A stretch of DNA of 64,000 nt from Epiperipatus broadwayi (taxonomy: Eukaryota; Animalia; Onychophora): the NCBI GenBank assembly GCA_028023455.1, contig JAQFVV010000006.1:9052001-9116000 (forward strand), written 5' to 3'. Positions 14,188 through 26,479 of the stretch are shown here, piece after piece (the first letter of the stretch is position 1; each line of letters starts with the position of its first letter). The notes beneath the pieces were generated by a model. That model saw nothing but the letters and a program-made list of their open reading frames with translations. It searched no databases and was not told the DNA's origin. The position numbers were made by a program, and so were the translations under genes.

Positions 14188-14575
14188 CATATGTATTAAA
14201 TGGCTGTACATGTGGGGTTCAGATTGACCTTAGGTCAACATGGGTGTGACAAGAATCTCGGCCTCAGGGTGGCCTTCAAGCGTTCCATCTTCAGATTTTC
14301 AATTGGATGGACGGTTGAAGAGTTGGAGTGTGTACTAATTTGGAGCCTGTCCATTTAAGCATAAGGATTGTCTATCTTAATATATATCTGAGCACTTATA
14401 GTATATATGTGTGGGAGATGATAATCTGGACCAACTGATGATTGCTGGTTTAGCATGAAATACGTATATTGGTGATTATTTATCTTTTCAGCATATATGT
14501 ACTTGAGTGTATCAGTGTTATTAGATAGAGTGGAGAGTGATGGGTCATCTGAAAGTCTGTGCTCATATACTCTAT
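14188..14575 (+). mobile_element. Family A hammerhead-bearing short element (retrozyme/PLE pLTR-like)
   Basis: Colinear with copies at 25765-26617, 39699-40046, 45418-45830 and 58446-58845; non-coding. Strand given is the ribozyme-sense strand. Confidence 0.8.
14430..14473 (+). ncRNA. Minimal type I hammerhead ribozyme (family A)
   Basis: ACCAA-CTGATGA-T-TGCT ggttt AGCA-T-GAAA-TACGTA-TA-TTGGT: 5-bp helix I, intact core, helix II, palindromic helix III (ATACGTAT), UA cleavage site. Confidence 0.8.
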
Positions 14576-14655
14576 ATTAAATATATATATATATATATAT
14601 AAAAAGAAAGTTACTGTTAACACTAACTGAAATAATTATAGAAAATACACAAACC

Positions 14656-15155
14656 NNNNNNNNNNNNNNNNNNNNNNNNNNNNNNNNNNNNNNNNNNNNN
14701 NNNNNNNNNNNNNNNNNNNNNNNNNNNNNNNNNNNNNNNNNNNNNNNNNNNNNNNNNNNNNNNNNNNNNNNNNNNNNNNNNNNNNNNNNNNNNNNNNNNN
14801 NNNNNNNNNNNNNNNNNNNNNNNNNNNNNNNNNNNNNNNNNNNNNNNNNNNNNNNNNNNNNNNNNNNNNNNNNNNNNNNNNNNNNNNNNNNNNNNNNNNN
14901 NNNNNNNNNNNNNNNNNNNNNNNNNNNNNNNNNNNNNNNNNNNNNNNNNNNNNNNNNNNNNNNNNNNNNNNNNNNNNNNNNNNNNNNNNNNNNNNNNNNN
15001 NNNNNNNNNNNNNNNNNNNNNNNNNNNNNNNNNNNNNNNNNNNNNNNNNNNNNNNNNNNNNNNNNNNNNNNNNNNNNNNNNNNNNNNNNNNNNNNNNNNN
15101 NNNNNNNNNNNNNNNNNNNNNNNNNNNNNNNNNNNNNNNNNNNNNNNNNNNNNNN
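14656..15155. other. Assembly gap (500 N)
   Basis: Run of N. The ORF 14636-15268 spanning it is an artefact. Confidence 1.
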
Positions 15156-16166
15156 AAAATTATTATCATATACAAACAGAGGAAAATATGGGGCAATCTA
15201 CCAGAGAGTCCAGTGAAATGATCGTGGGGTAAACAACCAGCCAGTGCACTGCCCTTTCTCTGTCCCAAGCTGCCAAGATGTGCCCATGCCAGTTCCAGCC
15301 CTCCACGATGAAAACAAACACCGCCTTGCCTACACTGAAATCGATGAAATCCTCACCACACAGCCAGTTGACTTGAAGCCCACTCAGAGCCCACAGGAGA
15401 AGAATGAAGATGCAGACATAAGTTTATTTTAAGATGGTTATAATTAACTTGATATTTCCGATTAAATATATTATTTTATTATTATTATTATTAATCTTTT
15501 AAAAAGAGAGAGTTATCTCTCGCATATGTATATTGAATTACGGTTATTACGGGCATAAATGTTAAAGCTTTTACTTAAATCTTTTGAGTCAATTTTTCTA
15601 TGTCAAATTCTAGTATTTTCAACAAAGGTTGCAATGAGATTTTTTTGTTGTTGCTATTCGGTTTCCTCTTTGTTACTCCTGAAATTCATCATATACAAAT
15701 ATACATGTGTATATATGCATACATACACTTATAATATTCGGTAAATACGATATCTCATGTTGAATATCTAAAAAATGTATTTAACCGGTATATCTTTTTT
15801 TTAAGTTATTTTTTTTGTCACTGCGCCACTTCATGATGGGTGTAAGAAGGGATCTATTATAGATTCCCTGTAAGCAAGTCCTTTAATAACTTTATATTTA
15901 AATAGTAAGTGTTTAATTATGCTGCACGTATATACATGTATAGGAGTTTATCTATAGCAAAAGGGAAATAGATACAGTATCTTATGGTGAGTACGATATA
16001 TTATCTGAGCCAATGTAACCTTGTTGACTGGTTGAAAATATGAAATTAGTGAAATATCTCATATTGCAAATATTCGTATGCATAGTTTTTTTATTATTAT
16101 TATCTTGCTATCAATAAAAAGGTTTTAAAGTAATCAGTAAAAGCGTATGCCTGTATGACTGAAAAT

Positions 16167-16300
16167 CTCATATCTGTATATCAAATCACACAAAGTATAA
16201 CTTATTTCTACAGGGTAAAAATCTCAGACCACTCTCATATCTGTATATCAAATCACACAAAGTATAACTTATTTCTACAGGGTAAAAATCTCAGACCACT
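16167..16300. repeat. Tandem duplication 2 x 67 bp
   Basis: ctcatatctgtatatcaaatcacacaaagtataacttatttctacagggtaaaaatctcagaccact at 16167 and 16234. Confidence 0.95.
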
Positions 16301-16389
16301 TCCATTACTTATAAACATTGCAAATAGCTTTAAGGATTTATTATTTTTCTTATGTAGAATTGTATTTACCTATTTCAATGCCGCGCATA

Positions 16390-16860
16390 TAGTGGCATTT
16401 ATCATAAATATAAAAAAAAGCTTGTTTAGAGCTATTAGCACGCTCTTAATTTTACATATTTGTGTCATGTGACATCTGACTTGTTATTATTACTATTATT
16501 TTGCTGTTGTGGTTTTAGCTAAATTAAAGAGCTAAGCCTACTAATATATGGAGTATCTGAATTAAGTTCAGGCCCATATGATTTTTTCAGTTGGAGAGCT
16601 GACTTTAAAGACATGTAGATGTCTAAAAGTTTCAGATCTTTTTCTAACAATTATCTTTTAGATAAATGCTTTGCTTGAGTTGGTTTTTTAGATCTAATGT
16701 CCCAACTCCTCACTGAAGAGACCCATAGGTCGAAATCGGTCTGGGAATGGAGACAATCCAAGATAAAAATGATATGAATGCCTTCTCTTGTAGTGGCATT
16801 TATCATAAATATATAAAAAAGCTTGTTTAGAGCTATTAGCACGCTCTTAATTTTACATAT
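16390..16860 (+). mobile_element. Family B hammerhead-bearing element, ~401-bp monomer bounded by 70-bp direct repeats
   Basis: tagtggcatttatcat...gcttgtttagagctattagcacgctcttaattttacatat at 16390-16459 and 16791-16860. Homologous to the arms and spacer of the inverted repeat at 52694-53191. Confidence 0.75.
16708..16746 (+). ncRNA. Minimal type I hammerhead ribozyme (family B), canonical core
   Basis: CCTCA-CTGAAGA-GACC cata GGTC-GAAA-TCGG-TC-TGGGA: intact core, perfect 4-bp helix II, near-palindromic helix III (ATCGGT), GUC cleavage triplet. Confidence 0.85.
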
Positions 16861-17589
16861 ATATATATATGGGTTTTTGATAATTAATTATTTAGTATTT
16901 TTGTTATTATATCATCATTAGTATGAAACGGTGGTGGGTATTTGGGATTAAATAAATATTTACTCATACTATTAAACTTATTTCGTTTTTGTATTGTTAT
17001 TTATATTGATAAAAATATATTCTTTCCTTATCAACCACATACTGGTAATAATCATTTAACTTATCCATTCGAAGACCCTAGATGTAGAGTGACGGAGCCA
17101 GCCACAAAGGGATATCGCTCTACCGAGGTGTTAAATCTTATTCTTATGCTCTGCTGAACATATGGTATTGCACATCCTTCTAGGAGGGAAGGAAGAAAAA
17201 AAGAATTATTTTTTTTGTTGCTGTTTTGTTTTCTAGAAGTGGCGTGCAAAGGTCTATTTTGTAAATAGATTTTTCAAAGGTGTGTACTTACCATTGTTCT
17301 AAATGATCGGGCTTTCGAATAAGATATCAACTAAAAGGTGTTTTTGACTGGAAGAGTCCGGTCAATGCACTCTTCCTATCAGTTTAGGTGGAAGTACCAA
17401 TATATATATATATATATATACACACACAGACAATCGGCTAGATTGATATCCATTCTTTTTCCTGTTAAATCTTGTTCACTTCATGCTCAGTGCAAGATTA
17501 GGATTAGGAAATCCAGCGGGGGAATTTGGCCTGGTACAATACATATATGAAAATGTTTTCAGCAATAATAAATAGTGAAATTTTATTAT

Positions 17590-19540
17590 TACATCATAGC
17601 TGTATTTTTGCTAGAAGAATACAGTAGGTTTTTTTTACCTTTTTGGAAGTTTTAGTATAAAAAGTTTGAAGAGTGACTTTTTGGGCCTGGTGTTGCAGCT
17701 GTTTCCCAGATGTGTCTTCCTTTTTGGAAGTTTTAGTATAAAAAGTTTGAAGAGTGACTTTTTGGGCCTGGTTTTGCAGCTGTTTCCCAGATGTGTCTTC
17801 CTTCCTGGATTTCGTTGTGGCTGTGTTTGTCATTTTTCTTTTTTCCATTTGGTTGAAGTAAGTGACATCTGTCATGTTGAATATGTCAGATGAATGTTCT
17901 CTTCTCTCTCCATCTGCATCTATGTTTTTTATTGATACATAATAATAGAACCTCCTTTAGGGACTATTGTAGTATTGATGTAAATAAGATGTGAGGGTAT
18001 CATCTAAGTGAAATTGAATTCGTTATCACAATAATTATACTAATTTAACAGAAGTCTTTGAAGAAGTCACCTATATTTTAGATTAATTTGATGTCAGAAA
18101 GAATTTAGACTTTTGTAACTGAAAGACAGAATGCTTTCAGTTATCTATCTCAGCTATATCTATGCTAAAAGAAATAATAATTGTTTTAGTTTTTTGGAGG
18201 TTTTAGTACAAGAAAGTTGAAGAGTGACTTTTTGGGCATGACGTTGGAGTTGTTTCTCATGTATGTCTTCGATTTTGGCTCTCATTGTCATTTTTATCAT
18301 TATCCTTTTTTTCCATTTAGTTGAGGAGAGTGACATTTGCCAAGCTGGATATGTCAGATGGATGCTCTCTTCTTTCTCAATCTGCATTTTTTTCCATATG
18401 TCATAGCATCGGCAGGGAAGTGAACCTGCAGCAACTGCTTGCTTGCAAGGCTGCTGCACTGACCTCTCAGCTAACAATGCTTGACCCCTCAATCTGCATT
18501 TATGTTTACTATTAATACTGTAATAATAAAACCTTTTTAGAGACTATTCTATTATTGAAGTAATCAATATTTGAGGGTATCATCTAATGAAAATTACATT
18601 CCTTATCACAATATTAATACTAATTTAACAGAATTCCCACATCAATTTGACATCAGAAAGAATTTAGACTTTTGTAACAGAAGGACAGAGTTCTTTCAGT
18701 TATCTCTCTCAGCTGTATTTTTACTAAAAGAAAATAGTAATTTTTTTAGATTTTTGGAAGTTTTAGTACAAGGAAGTTTGAGGAATGACTTTTTGGAAAA
18801 TTACTTTGGAGCTGTTTTCCAGATGTGTCTTCGATCCTGGCTCTTGTTGTGTTCATTTTTGTCATTTTTTTCCTAATCGGTTGAGGAAAGTGACATTTCC
18901 CACCATGGATATGTCAACTAGATGCTTTCCTTTTCATCTGCATCCATCTTCACCATTGATACTGTAATAGAAGAACCTTCTTTAGAGACTATTGTACTAT
19001 TGAAATAGGCAGGATTTGAAATAATCATCTAGTGAAAATTACATTCATTATCGCAATATTAATTCCAATTTAAGAGAATTCCTTTAGAAAGTCATCAATA
19101 TTTCACATCAAGTTGATTTCAGAAAGAATATAGGCTTTTGTAACTGAAAGGTAGAGTTCTTTCAGTTATCTATCTCAGATGTATCTTTGCTAAAAGAAAA
19201 ACAGTAATTTTTTAACTTTTTGGAAGTTTTATTACAGGAAGTTTGAAAAATGACTTTTTGGACGTGACTTTGGAGCTGTTTCCCAGACATGTCTTTGTTC
19301 CTGGCTCTTGTTGAGGTCGGTTTTGTCATTTTTCTTTTTTCCATTTAGTTGAGGAAAGTGACATCCGTGTGGTCGGTATTGTCATTTTTCTTTTTTCCAT
19401 TTAGTTGAGGGAAATGACATCTGCCACGGTGGCTATGTCAGATGGACGGACGCACTCTCTTCTCTCCATCTGCATCCGTGTTTACCATTGATAGCTTAAT
19501 AATAGAACCTCCTCTTGAGAGCATTGTAGTATTGAAGACA
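17590..19540. repeat. Diverged tandem array of ~460-bp units (about 4 units), with internal ~80-bp and ~60-bp sub-duplications
   Basis: Anchor gaatttagacttttgtaac at 18101, 18660 and (variant) 19126. Spacings are 559 (includes an inserted SINE) and 466. Confidence 0.85.
18390..18487 (-). mobile_element. tRNA-like SINE
   Basis: GGGTCAAGCATTGTTAGCTGAGAGG...GGTTCACTTCC...GATGCTATGACATATGG plus A tail. 14-bp TSD ctcaatctgcattt at 18376-18389 and 18488-18501. Confidence 0.85.
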
Positions 19541-19577
19541 CTTTTCACGATATCGACTTTAAGCAACTGATAGTTTG

Positions 19578-21122
19578 GAAAGTTTATTTCAATTTTAAAG
19601 CCGATTTTTATGTAATATAATTATTTTAAAACTTGGAATCAATATTGAAAAATATTTTATTGATATTTGGTTTATTTAAAAAAAAATGTTAATATTTATT
19701 ACGTGTTGCATGTATTTATGATTATAAATAATTTTAATCTCTCTCCCTATATATACATATATAAGCATATATATATAATAAAGAAAAATAAGAAAAAGTA
19801 ACTCATACATCACGTGATTTAATTAGTTTGCATTTACAAATGTAATATAAAGAGCTTGCTAATAGCTCTAAACAAGCTTTCCCGATAAATGCCGCAAGAG
19901 AAAGCATTTAAATTCTCTATTTAGAATGTCCTAGCGTCTCTCCGACGGTTTGGGGCTGGGATAATTGTAGAGATGTTAAATCCTTTCTCTTGCAGCGTGT
20001 ATCGACAAAGTTTATTTAGGATGAAAAGATCTACCCTTACAATAAAGTGTCTTGTTGTTTAAAAAAAGTTAAAAAAAAAAAGAAAGTAATAGAGGAAAGT
20101 TGCAAAGATTTTTTTTTGCGTTTACGTCCTTCGGTTTGATTTTGATACTGGGATTTGATTAGGCTTTTTTTTTTCGTTGCAGTTATTATTTATTTGTTTC
20201 AATTTCCTTGTTTTGTGTGGTTTATGCGTTTATGTATGGTTTTTGGTATTTGACAGTGGTAATGGTGATACAACAACAAACATATATATGCGTATATATG
20301 AATTTTTATAAAACTCTTAGTTCGTGTTTAATTAAAGTGTTTGTGTTTGGTAATGTCAATATTTAGAATATTGCCATATTAAATTATTGAATATGTTTAC
20401 CATGTACATTTGTTTTGAATTTATCTGTGGTATAATTTTATTTCTTGATATATATATTTATGTTAAGCGTCTACAGGGTATGATGTTTATATGTTTTTTC
20501 TCCTTTTTTATAACACCTTAATATTTGAAGATCGACAATTGTATTAAAAATAGAATTGACGGAATAGCGCGTGAAGGGCAAGCCGAATTCCATAGTAACA
20601 GAAAGAAAAGTAAAGTTTATTAACAATCGTCATTAAAAAGAAAAACAGCAATCTTTTCTGATATCAATCCATTCATTTCTTTTATAGAAAATCAGTTGAT
20701 CTCACAGAATTCATGGAATCATGTATGATATTTTACTTAATGAGCTTCGTGTGTGATATTTTACTTATGACCTTCGTTTTTATAATCGTAATACGTGAAT
20801 TAGATGCTAGACCATTATCAAACTAATTGTTAATAGAGACAGATATACATATTCTTTATTTATTTCTTAAATAAGCAAAGCATCCATTTTATAGAGATAA
20901 TTCATGAGTCTTGGATTTAAAGAGGTAGCTTTCCCTTCTTTCTTCAATTCAGCCTCATGCTAAATTAATCTGAACCATTTCTTCAGAATGTATGTTGTAA
21001 TTTGAAGTATGTAATCATTTAAGTAAGCTAAACCCTCCTACTATCACTGTTAGATACCTACATATGCATGTTTTATATTTAGCTAGCCGGATGGGTACCA
21101 TTACAATATATATCTACATGTA

Positions 21123-21169
<47 letters not shown>

Positions 21170-22165
21170 AACGTTTTTAGAAACTTATTCTTAAAGGTAT
21201 CTGTATAAAGTCATCCATATGTAGTTTTACTTGGTATTTTCATTCAAACTCACATTCTTGATACTTATAAGTAGAGATATCTGACAAAAGTAAATTACTG
21301 CAGGATTAATATTGCTGAACCAGTACTCTTCCAAGTATACTAAGATATTATTTTCACTTTTCAATGCTTAGGAATATTAACTTATTACAATTAAAGTTCA
21401 ATTGTCAAAATTTTACCTTGAATAAGTTTTACTGTACATATATATAACAATGATTTTGCATCTTAACTTTCCTAACGTATATAAATTTGAACCTAGATTT
21501 AGAGAAAAAAAATGTGGTATGAAGTAGCCACAAATTTGAACACACACACACATCCTCGTGTATTATTTGATAAAATTTTGATCTTGTAATTGTTCTCCAA
21601 CACAGTTTTTATTGTTTGTTTAGAAAAAAACATATTACCTTTCATCTGAATTTAAAATTTATATCTAGTTTAGATATAACAATCTCTACTCCAATAAAAG
21701 TATCTTTTATTTAAAATCTTTTCTCTCTTGGCTGATTCGTCAATGTATATTTGTCCATATGGCTGTCATTTGTCATATTCACAAACAATTGAAAGAACTA
21801 TTACATTTATGTGAAGAAAGTAATTATACCATTAAGTTCAGAAAAAAATCAATGCATATGGTTTAAACAACAGAGATATAGTATTTAAATTGTGAAAAGA
21901 ATGTGATTATTGTACATAAATTCATATTTCAAATGTAATGTTTAGTGAGAGGGGGATGTAGTAGTGGGTCAAATAGTTGTTACAGTATCGTATTTACTTT
22001 TAGTTAGGTTGACATTTGTGCAAAAGAAATAATTCTGCCATTAATAAAAATATTCAGAAAAAAAATCAGTACATGTGCTTTTAACTACAAAGATACTATA
22101 TTTAAATTGCACCAACAAAATGTGTTTACAGTACATAAATTTATGTTTGAAATGTGAAAACTTTG
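19578..22165. repeat. Local segmental duplication, copy 1 (~2.6 kb)
   Basis: Colinear throughout with 24650-27837. Includes a ~150-bp fold-back at 19868-20019. Confidence 0.9.
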
Positions 22166-22172
22166 ACAATAG

Positions 22173-22740
22173 TTACTAAAGGCGAAGGAATATTTAATGT
22201 TTTAAAAGACTATTTTAGGGAAAAATCAAACCCTTAATAAACACAATAATGATGCCAGCAGATAGATCCCAGCTATGTTTAGCTCCTATTGCGTTTTTAT
22301 AAGCTGTTTAAAAGAAAAATTACCTGTATATTTTCACTTCACTATGTCATCCTGACAACATTTAGTAGCTAAAAATCTAAGTGCCAGATTGCATCAATCT
22401 CTCCAATTCATCATAACAGCAGTAAACAAAACTCATAGCAAAGCTTAAATTCTATGTTGTTTGAGCAGATGTTTGAAGAAAATGATAAGAACTTTTATCC
22501 ATTACTTCTTCACACTGAAGTATGTTGGCTCTCAAAAGACTTATGTTTGAAAAGATATTTTTCACTTTTTGAACTCAGTTCAGAGTCTTTCGATGATAAA
22601 TATCCCATTTTGAAAGAAAGTTTAAGAAAATGGAAACCATATATTGCTTATTTTACATATTTATTTTCTAAATTGGTACTTGTGTACTATTCCTGCAATG
22701 CACAAAAATAAGAGGCTTTTTCACAGAACCGATAGATAAA
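22173..22740 (+). pseudogene. hAT (Buster/Charlie-like) transposase fragment, part 1
   Basis: TKGEGIFNVLKDYF ... LLLHTEVCWLSKDLCLKRYFSLFE ... IAYFTYLFSK matches the hAT LLHTEVRWLS block. Frameshifted. Confidence 0.85.
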
Positions 22741-23084
22741 GTAATAATCTTGCGAATGTAAACCTTGCTAAACGTGTTTTGCAATGTGTCCCGAACAAAA
22801 TCTATTCCATTGCTGCCTTTTGGAGATTTTGTTTGCGTATTGTACTGAATTCTGCAGGTGTATAAAAATGTTTTTGTCTTAATAAAAAGATTGTTGTTAA
22901 ATTTTGAAATGAATTGTTCTTGTTAATTAATTGTGGGTTTTTTAATGTGAATTTTTGGTTAATTTCTCATCTTTAATTTCAAGTTAGTTTTTTTTGTAAG
23001 TGTAAACCCCAGTTTATGGATCGACCAAATTAGAAGTGTCGCAGCTATCCGATCTTTAACTGCCACAATAAAACATTTGTCGGT

Positions 23085-23420
23085 CTCTCTGCATACACCA
23101 CAAAAACGAAAAAACAAAACCAAACAAATAATTCAGAACAATAAAGAAATATAAATGAGAGAACTTTTATGACTAATTTTACACATGCAGGCCGAAGAAA
23201 GTGTATGAAAATTTTAATAACCCTATCCTTTTTTTTGGAAAAACACAAAACCAAACAAGTAGTTTAGAACAATAAAGAAATATAAAGTAGAAAACTTTTA
23301 TGACTCGTTTGACCCATGCAGGTGAAAAAAAATGGATTCACAATTATATTATACCTATGTTCTTTGGGGGGGGGGGGAATTCACAAAACAAAAATAATAA
23401 TTCAGAACAATAACATGAAA
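23085..23420. repeat. ~140-bp tandem repeat (about 2.5 copies)
   Basis: Recurring acaaaaccaaacaa...tcagaacaataaagaaatataaa...acttttatgact...catgcagg. Confidence 0.7.
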
Positions 23421-24299
23421 CATATACCAATTCTAAGAGTTTTCATTCAGGAAGAAGGATACCAAAAATGGTTTTCTATCGTTGAGTAGAGAGAAAAATG
23501 GGTCTAAACTATTTTGGACCAAATCAAAACATTATTTTCTTTCTAATCTAAATTTAAATAGAGAAATTTTTTTTTTATCTTTGTTTATTAGTAAGAAAAT
23601 TTTTTTTTGTTCAACAAGGAAAGAAATATATTTATTTCCACTAAGGAAATGAAATTCAGATCAAGCCCAATCACATCGTCTTTGGACTGTTTTGGTGTGA
23701 ACCCCACTTTGTGGATTAACGAAATGATGTGTCAGTCTCTCTGCATAAACCACCAAACATCCACTGTTTGTAGTTTATTTTTCCTCTGTGAAAAAAAACT
23801 GTCATCAATTGTCAATTAAAAACAACGCAACTAGAAATAAGATAAAATAACAGCCATCCAAGCAGATTAAAAAAAAGACAATGTGTTTGCAACTGACTAA
23901 TATAAATAAATAAGGCCAAAAGAACAACAATCAAACGCACGTTTTTCAACATACATAGAAGGGTTGATTTTCTTTCACTTTGATATTATCGCAAGATTAC
24001 ACCTTGACCGCTTTGTCATCCAGTCTAAAAAAATCTTATCAAAGTTCTGAAATTTACACTTACTTGTTTTATGATTTGCTTATTGCATTACTACATTGAC
24101 TTGTGTCTTACTTTGTTTTATTTTTTGGCGTTACAGTTGTTGTTATTGTTCTTTTCCTTTAATTAAAAAACCCCCTTGCCATTTGTTGATTTGAAAACTT
24201 ACATTGACTGGAGAAACTCCGTTTACACCATGTACTACACAATCACTTGCTCCGCAAGCGTTTCCGATGGGGGAAAAAATCTACATGTTGTTTCTGCAA

Positions 24300-24645
24300 G
24301 AAAACAATTTGCTAAATTTAATGAAGTTAACTTGTAGTTACAAGGAGACAACCTGAATTTAATGAAAACAAAGCCCATAATTTCAACTTTTCTTTCCAGA
24401 ATTAACCTATTCAACTAAATGTCGGAAGGCATGAATTTTCACAGTTCCAAAAGTTATCATTGACAAACGTTTAGGATGATAACGTTTTGGCGTATGTTGA
24501 ACATTCAAATGCCCTCCACTTAGACTTTAAAATCAGATTTGTTGATGTTTTATCTATGAAAATACCACACTGGATTATCTATCCGTATGGTCCAATTGAA
24601 GAATCAGATATTGCACTACAAGGAGAATTCATCGAAAGAAGAATA
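24300..24645 (+). pseudogene. hAT (Buster/Charlie-like) transposase fragment, part 2
   Basis: AKFNEVNL*LQGDNLNLMKTK ... DNVLAYVEHSNALHLDFKIRFVDVLSMKIPHWII continues directly from part 1, implying ~1.6 kb of foreign DNA splits the transposase. Confidence 0.8.
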
Positions 24646-26347
24646 GCGTGAAAGGTTTAGTTCAATGTTAAAAGCCGATTTGTTTATGTAATATAAATAT
24701 TTTAAAACTTGGAATCAATATTGAAAATATTTTATTGATATTTTATTTATCTAATAAATAATGTTAACGTTTATTGCATGTTGTGTGTATTGATGATTAT
24801 TAATAATTTTGTCTCTCTCGAAATATATATACATATATGTGTAATCAGAAAAAATAAGGAAAAGAAAGTCATACGTCACGTGATTTCATTAGCTTTTATT
24901 TACAAATGTAATATAAAGAGCTTGTTAATAGCTCTAAACAAGCTTTTTCGATACGTCCCGCAAGAGAAAGCATTTAAGATCTGTATTTAGAATGTCTTAG
25001 CGCCTCACCGACGGTTTGGGGCTAGGGATAACTCTAGAGATGTTAAATGCTTTCTCTTGCGGCATTTCTCGACAAAGCTTATTTAAGATGGAAAGATCTA
25101 CCCTTAAAATAAAGTGTCTTTTTGTCAAAAAAAAAAATGTTTAAAAAATGAAAGTAATAGAGGAAAGTTACTAAGATTTTTTTTCCGTTTGCGATCTTCG
25201 GTTTGATTTTGATAGGGGGATTTGTTTATGCATTCTTTTTCGTTGTAGTTATTATTTATTTATTTCAATTTCCTTTTTTGTGGTATATGCGTTTATTTAT
25301 AGTTCTGGAATTTGTCAGTGGTAATAATGATTTGAATTAAAATGTTTGTGTTTGTAACATCAATATTTGGAATATTGGCATATGAAATTTTTAAATATGT
25401 TTATGTTGTACATTTGTTTTAAAATTATTTGTGGTATAATTTTATTTGTTTATATATATATTTATGTTAAGCATATATAGGGTATGATGTTTGTATAATT
25501 TTCCCCCTTTTTTATCACACTTAATATTTGAAAATCCCCAATTGTATTAACAACAGGATTGACAGCATAACGCGTGAAGGACTAAGCCGAATATCATAGT
25601 AATAGAAAAAAAAAGTTTATTAACAATCGCCAGTAAAAAGAAAAACAACAATTTTTGCTGACATCAATCCGCTCATTTTTTTATATAAAATCAGTTAAGA
25701 TCACAGAAGTCATGGAATAGTATATGTTATTTATTTATGAGTTTAGTTTTTATAATCGAAATACATTCGGGATTCGAACTCAGACTTTCACATGACCCAC
25801 TACTTTCAGTGCTATCTCATATTGCTGACCCACCTGATCACACACATGTTGAAAAGATAAATAATCACCAATATAAGTATTTCATGCAAAACCAGAAATC
25901 ATCTGTTGGTCTAGATTACTACCCTCACACATATATCTAATCAGTGCTCAGCTTTATATTAAAATAGCCAATCTTCATACTTTAATGGACAGGCTTCAAA
26001 CTATTCCAACTCACAACTCTTTAGCCTTCCATTTCATTGAAAATCTGATGATGGAACGTTCAAAGCCCTTATTAGTGCCAAGGTTGTCATCCTACCCATG
26101 TTGACATATTAGTCATTCTGACCCCTCATGTACAGGAGAATAATCCATTTATACATACATATGCGAGAGATGGGTAGACCTATTACACACTATTTAAAAA
26201 TTAATACATTGTACAGGTTTAAACCTGCATTTATATATGTAATATATGCGGGATTCGAACTCAGACATTCACATGATCCACTACTTTCAGTGCCATCTCA
26301 TATTACTGACCCACCTGATCACACACATGTTGAAAAGATAAATAATC

Positions 26348-26391
26348 ACCAATATACATATTTCATGCTAAACCAGCAATCACCAGTTGGT
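26348..26391 (-). ncRNA. Hammerhead motif (family A), core variant CTGGTGA
   Basis: Reverse complement: ACCAA CTGGTGA ttgctggtttagcat GAAA tatgta TA TTGGT. A6 is mutated, so probably impaired. Confidence 0.55.
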
Positions 26392-26435
26392 CTAGATTAC
26401 TATTCTCACACACATATATATAAACAGTGCTCTAG

Positions 26436-26479
26436 ACCAACTGATGATTGCTGGTTTAGCATGAAATACATATATTGGA
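26436..26479 (+). ncRNA. Hammerhead ribozyme (family A)
   Basis: ACCAA CTGATGA ttgctggtttagcat GAAA tacata TA TTGG; core intact. Confidence 0.7.

Noticed and set aside
14636-15268. 210-aa ORF
   Set aside because: It spans the N gap; artefact.
15160-15432. GC-richer 62-aa ORF as a gene
   Set aside because: No recognisable motif or splice structure; probably a TE tail truncated by the gap.
26030-26070. CTGATGA on the opposite strand of family A (possible ambisense second hammerhead)
   Set aside because: No consistent GAAA, helix III or UH site across copies; better explained as part of a ttccat...atggaa hairpin.
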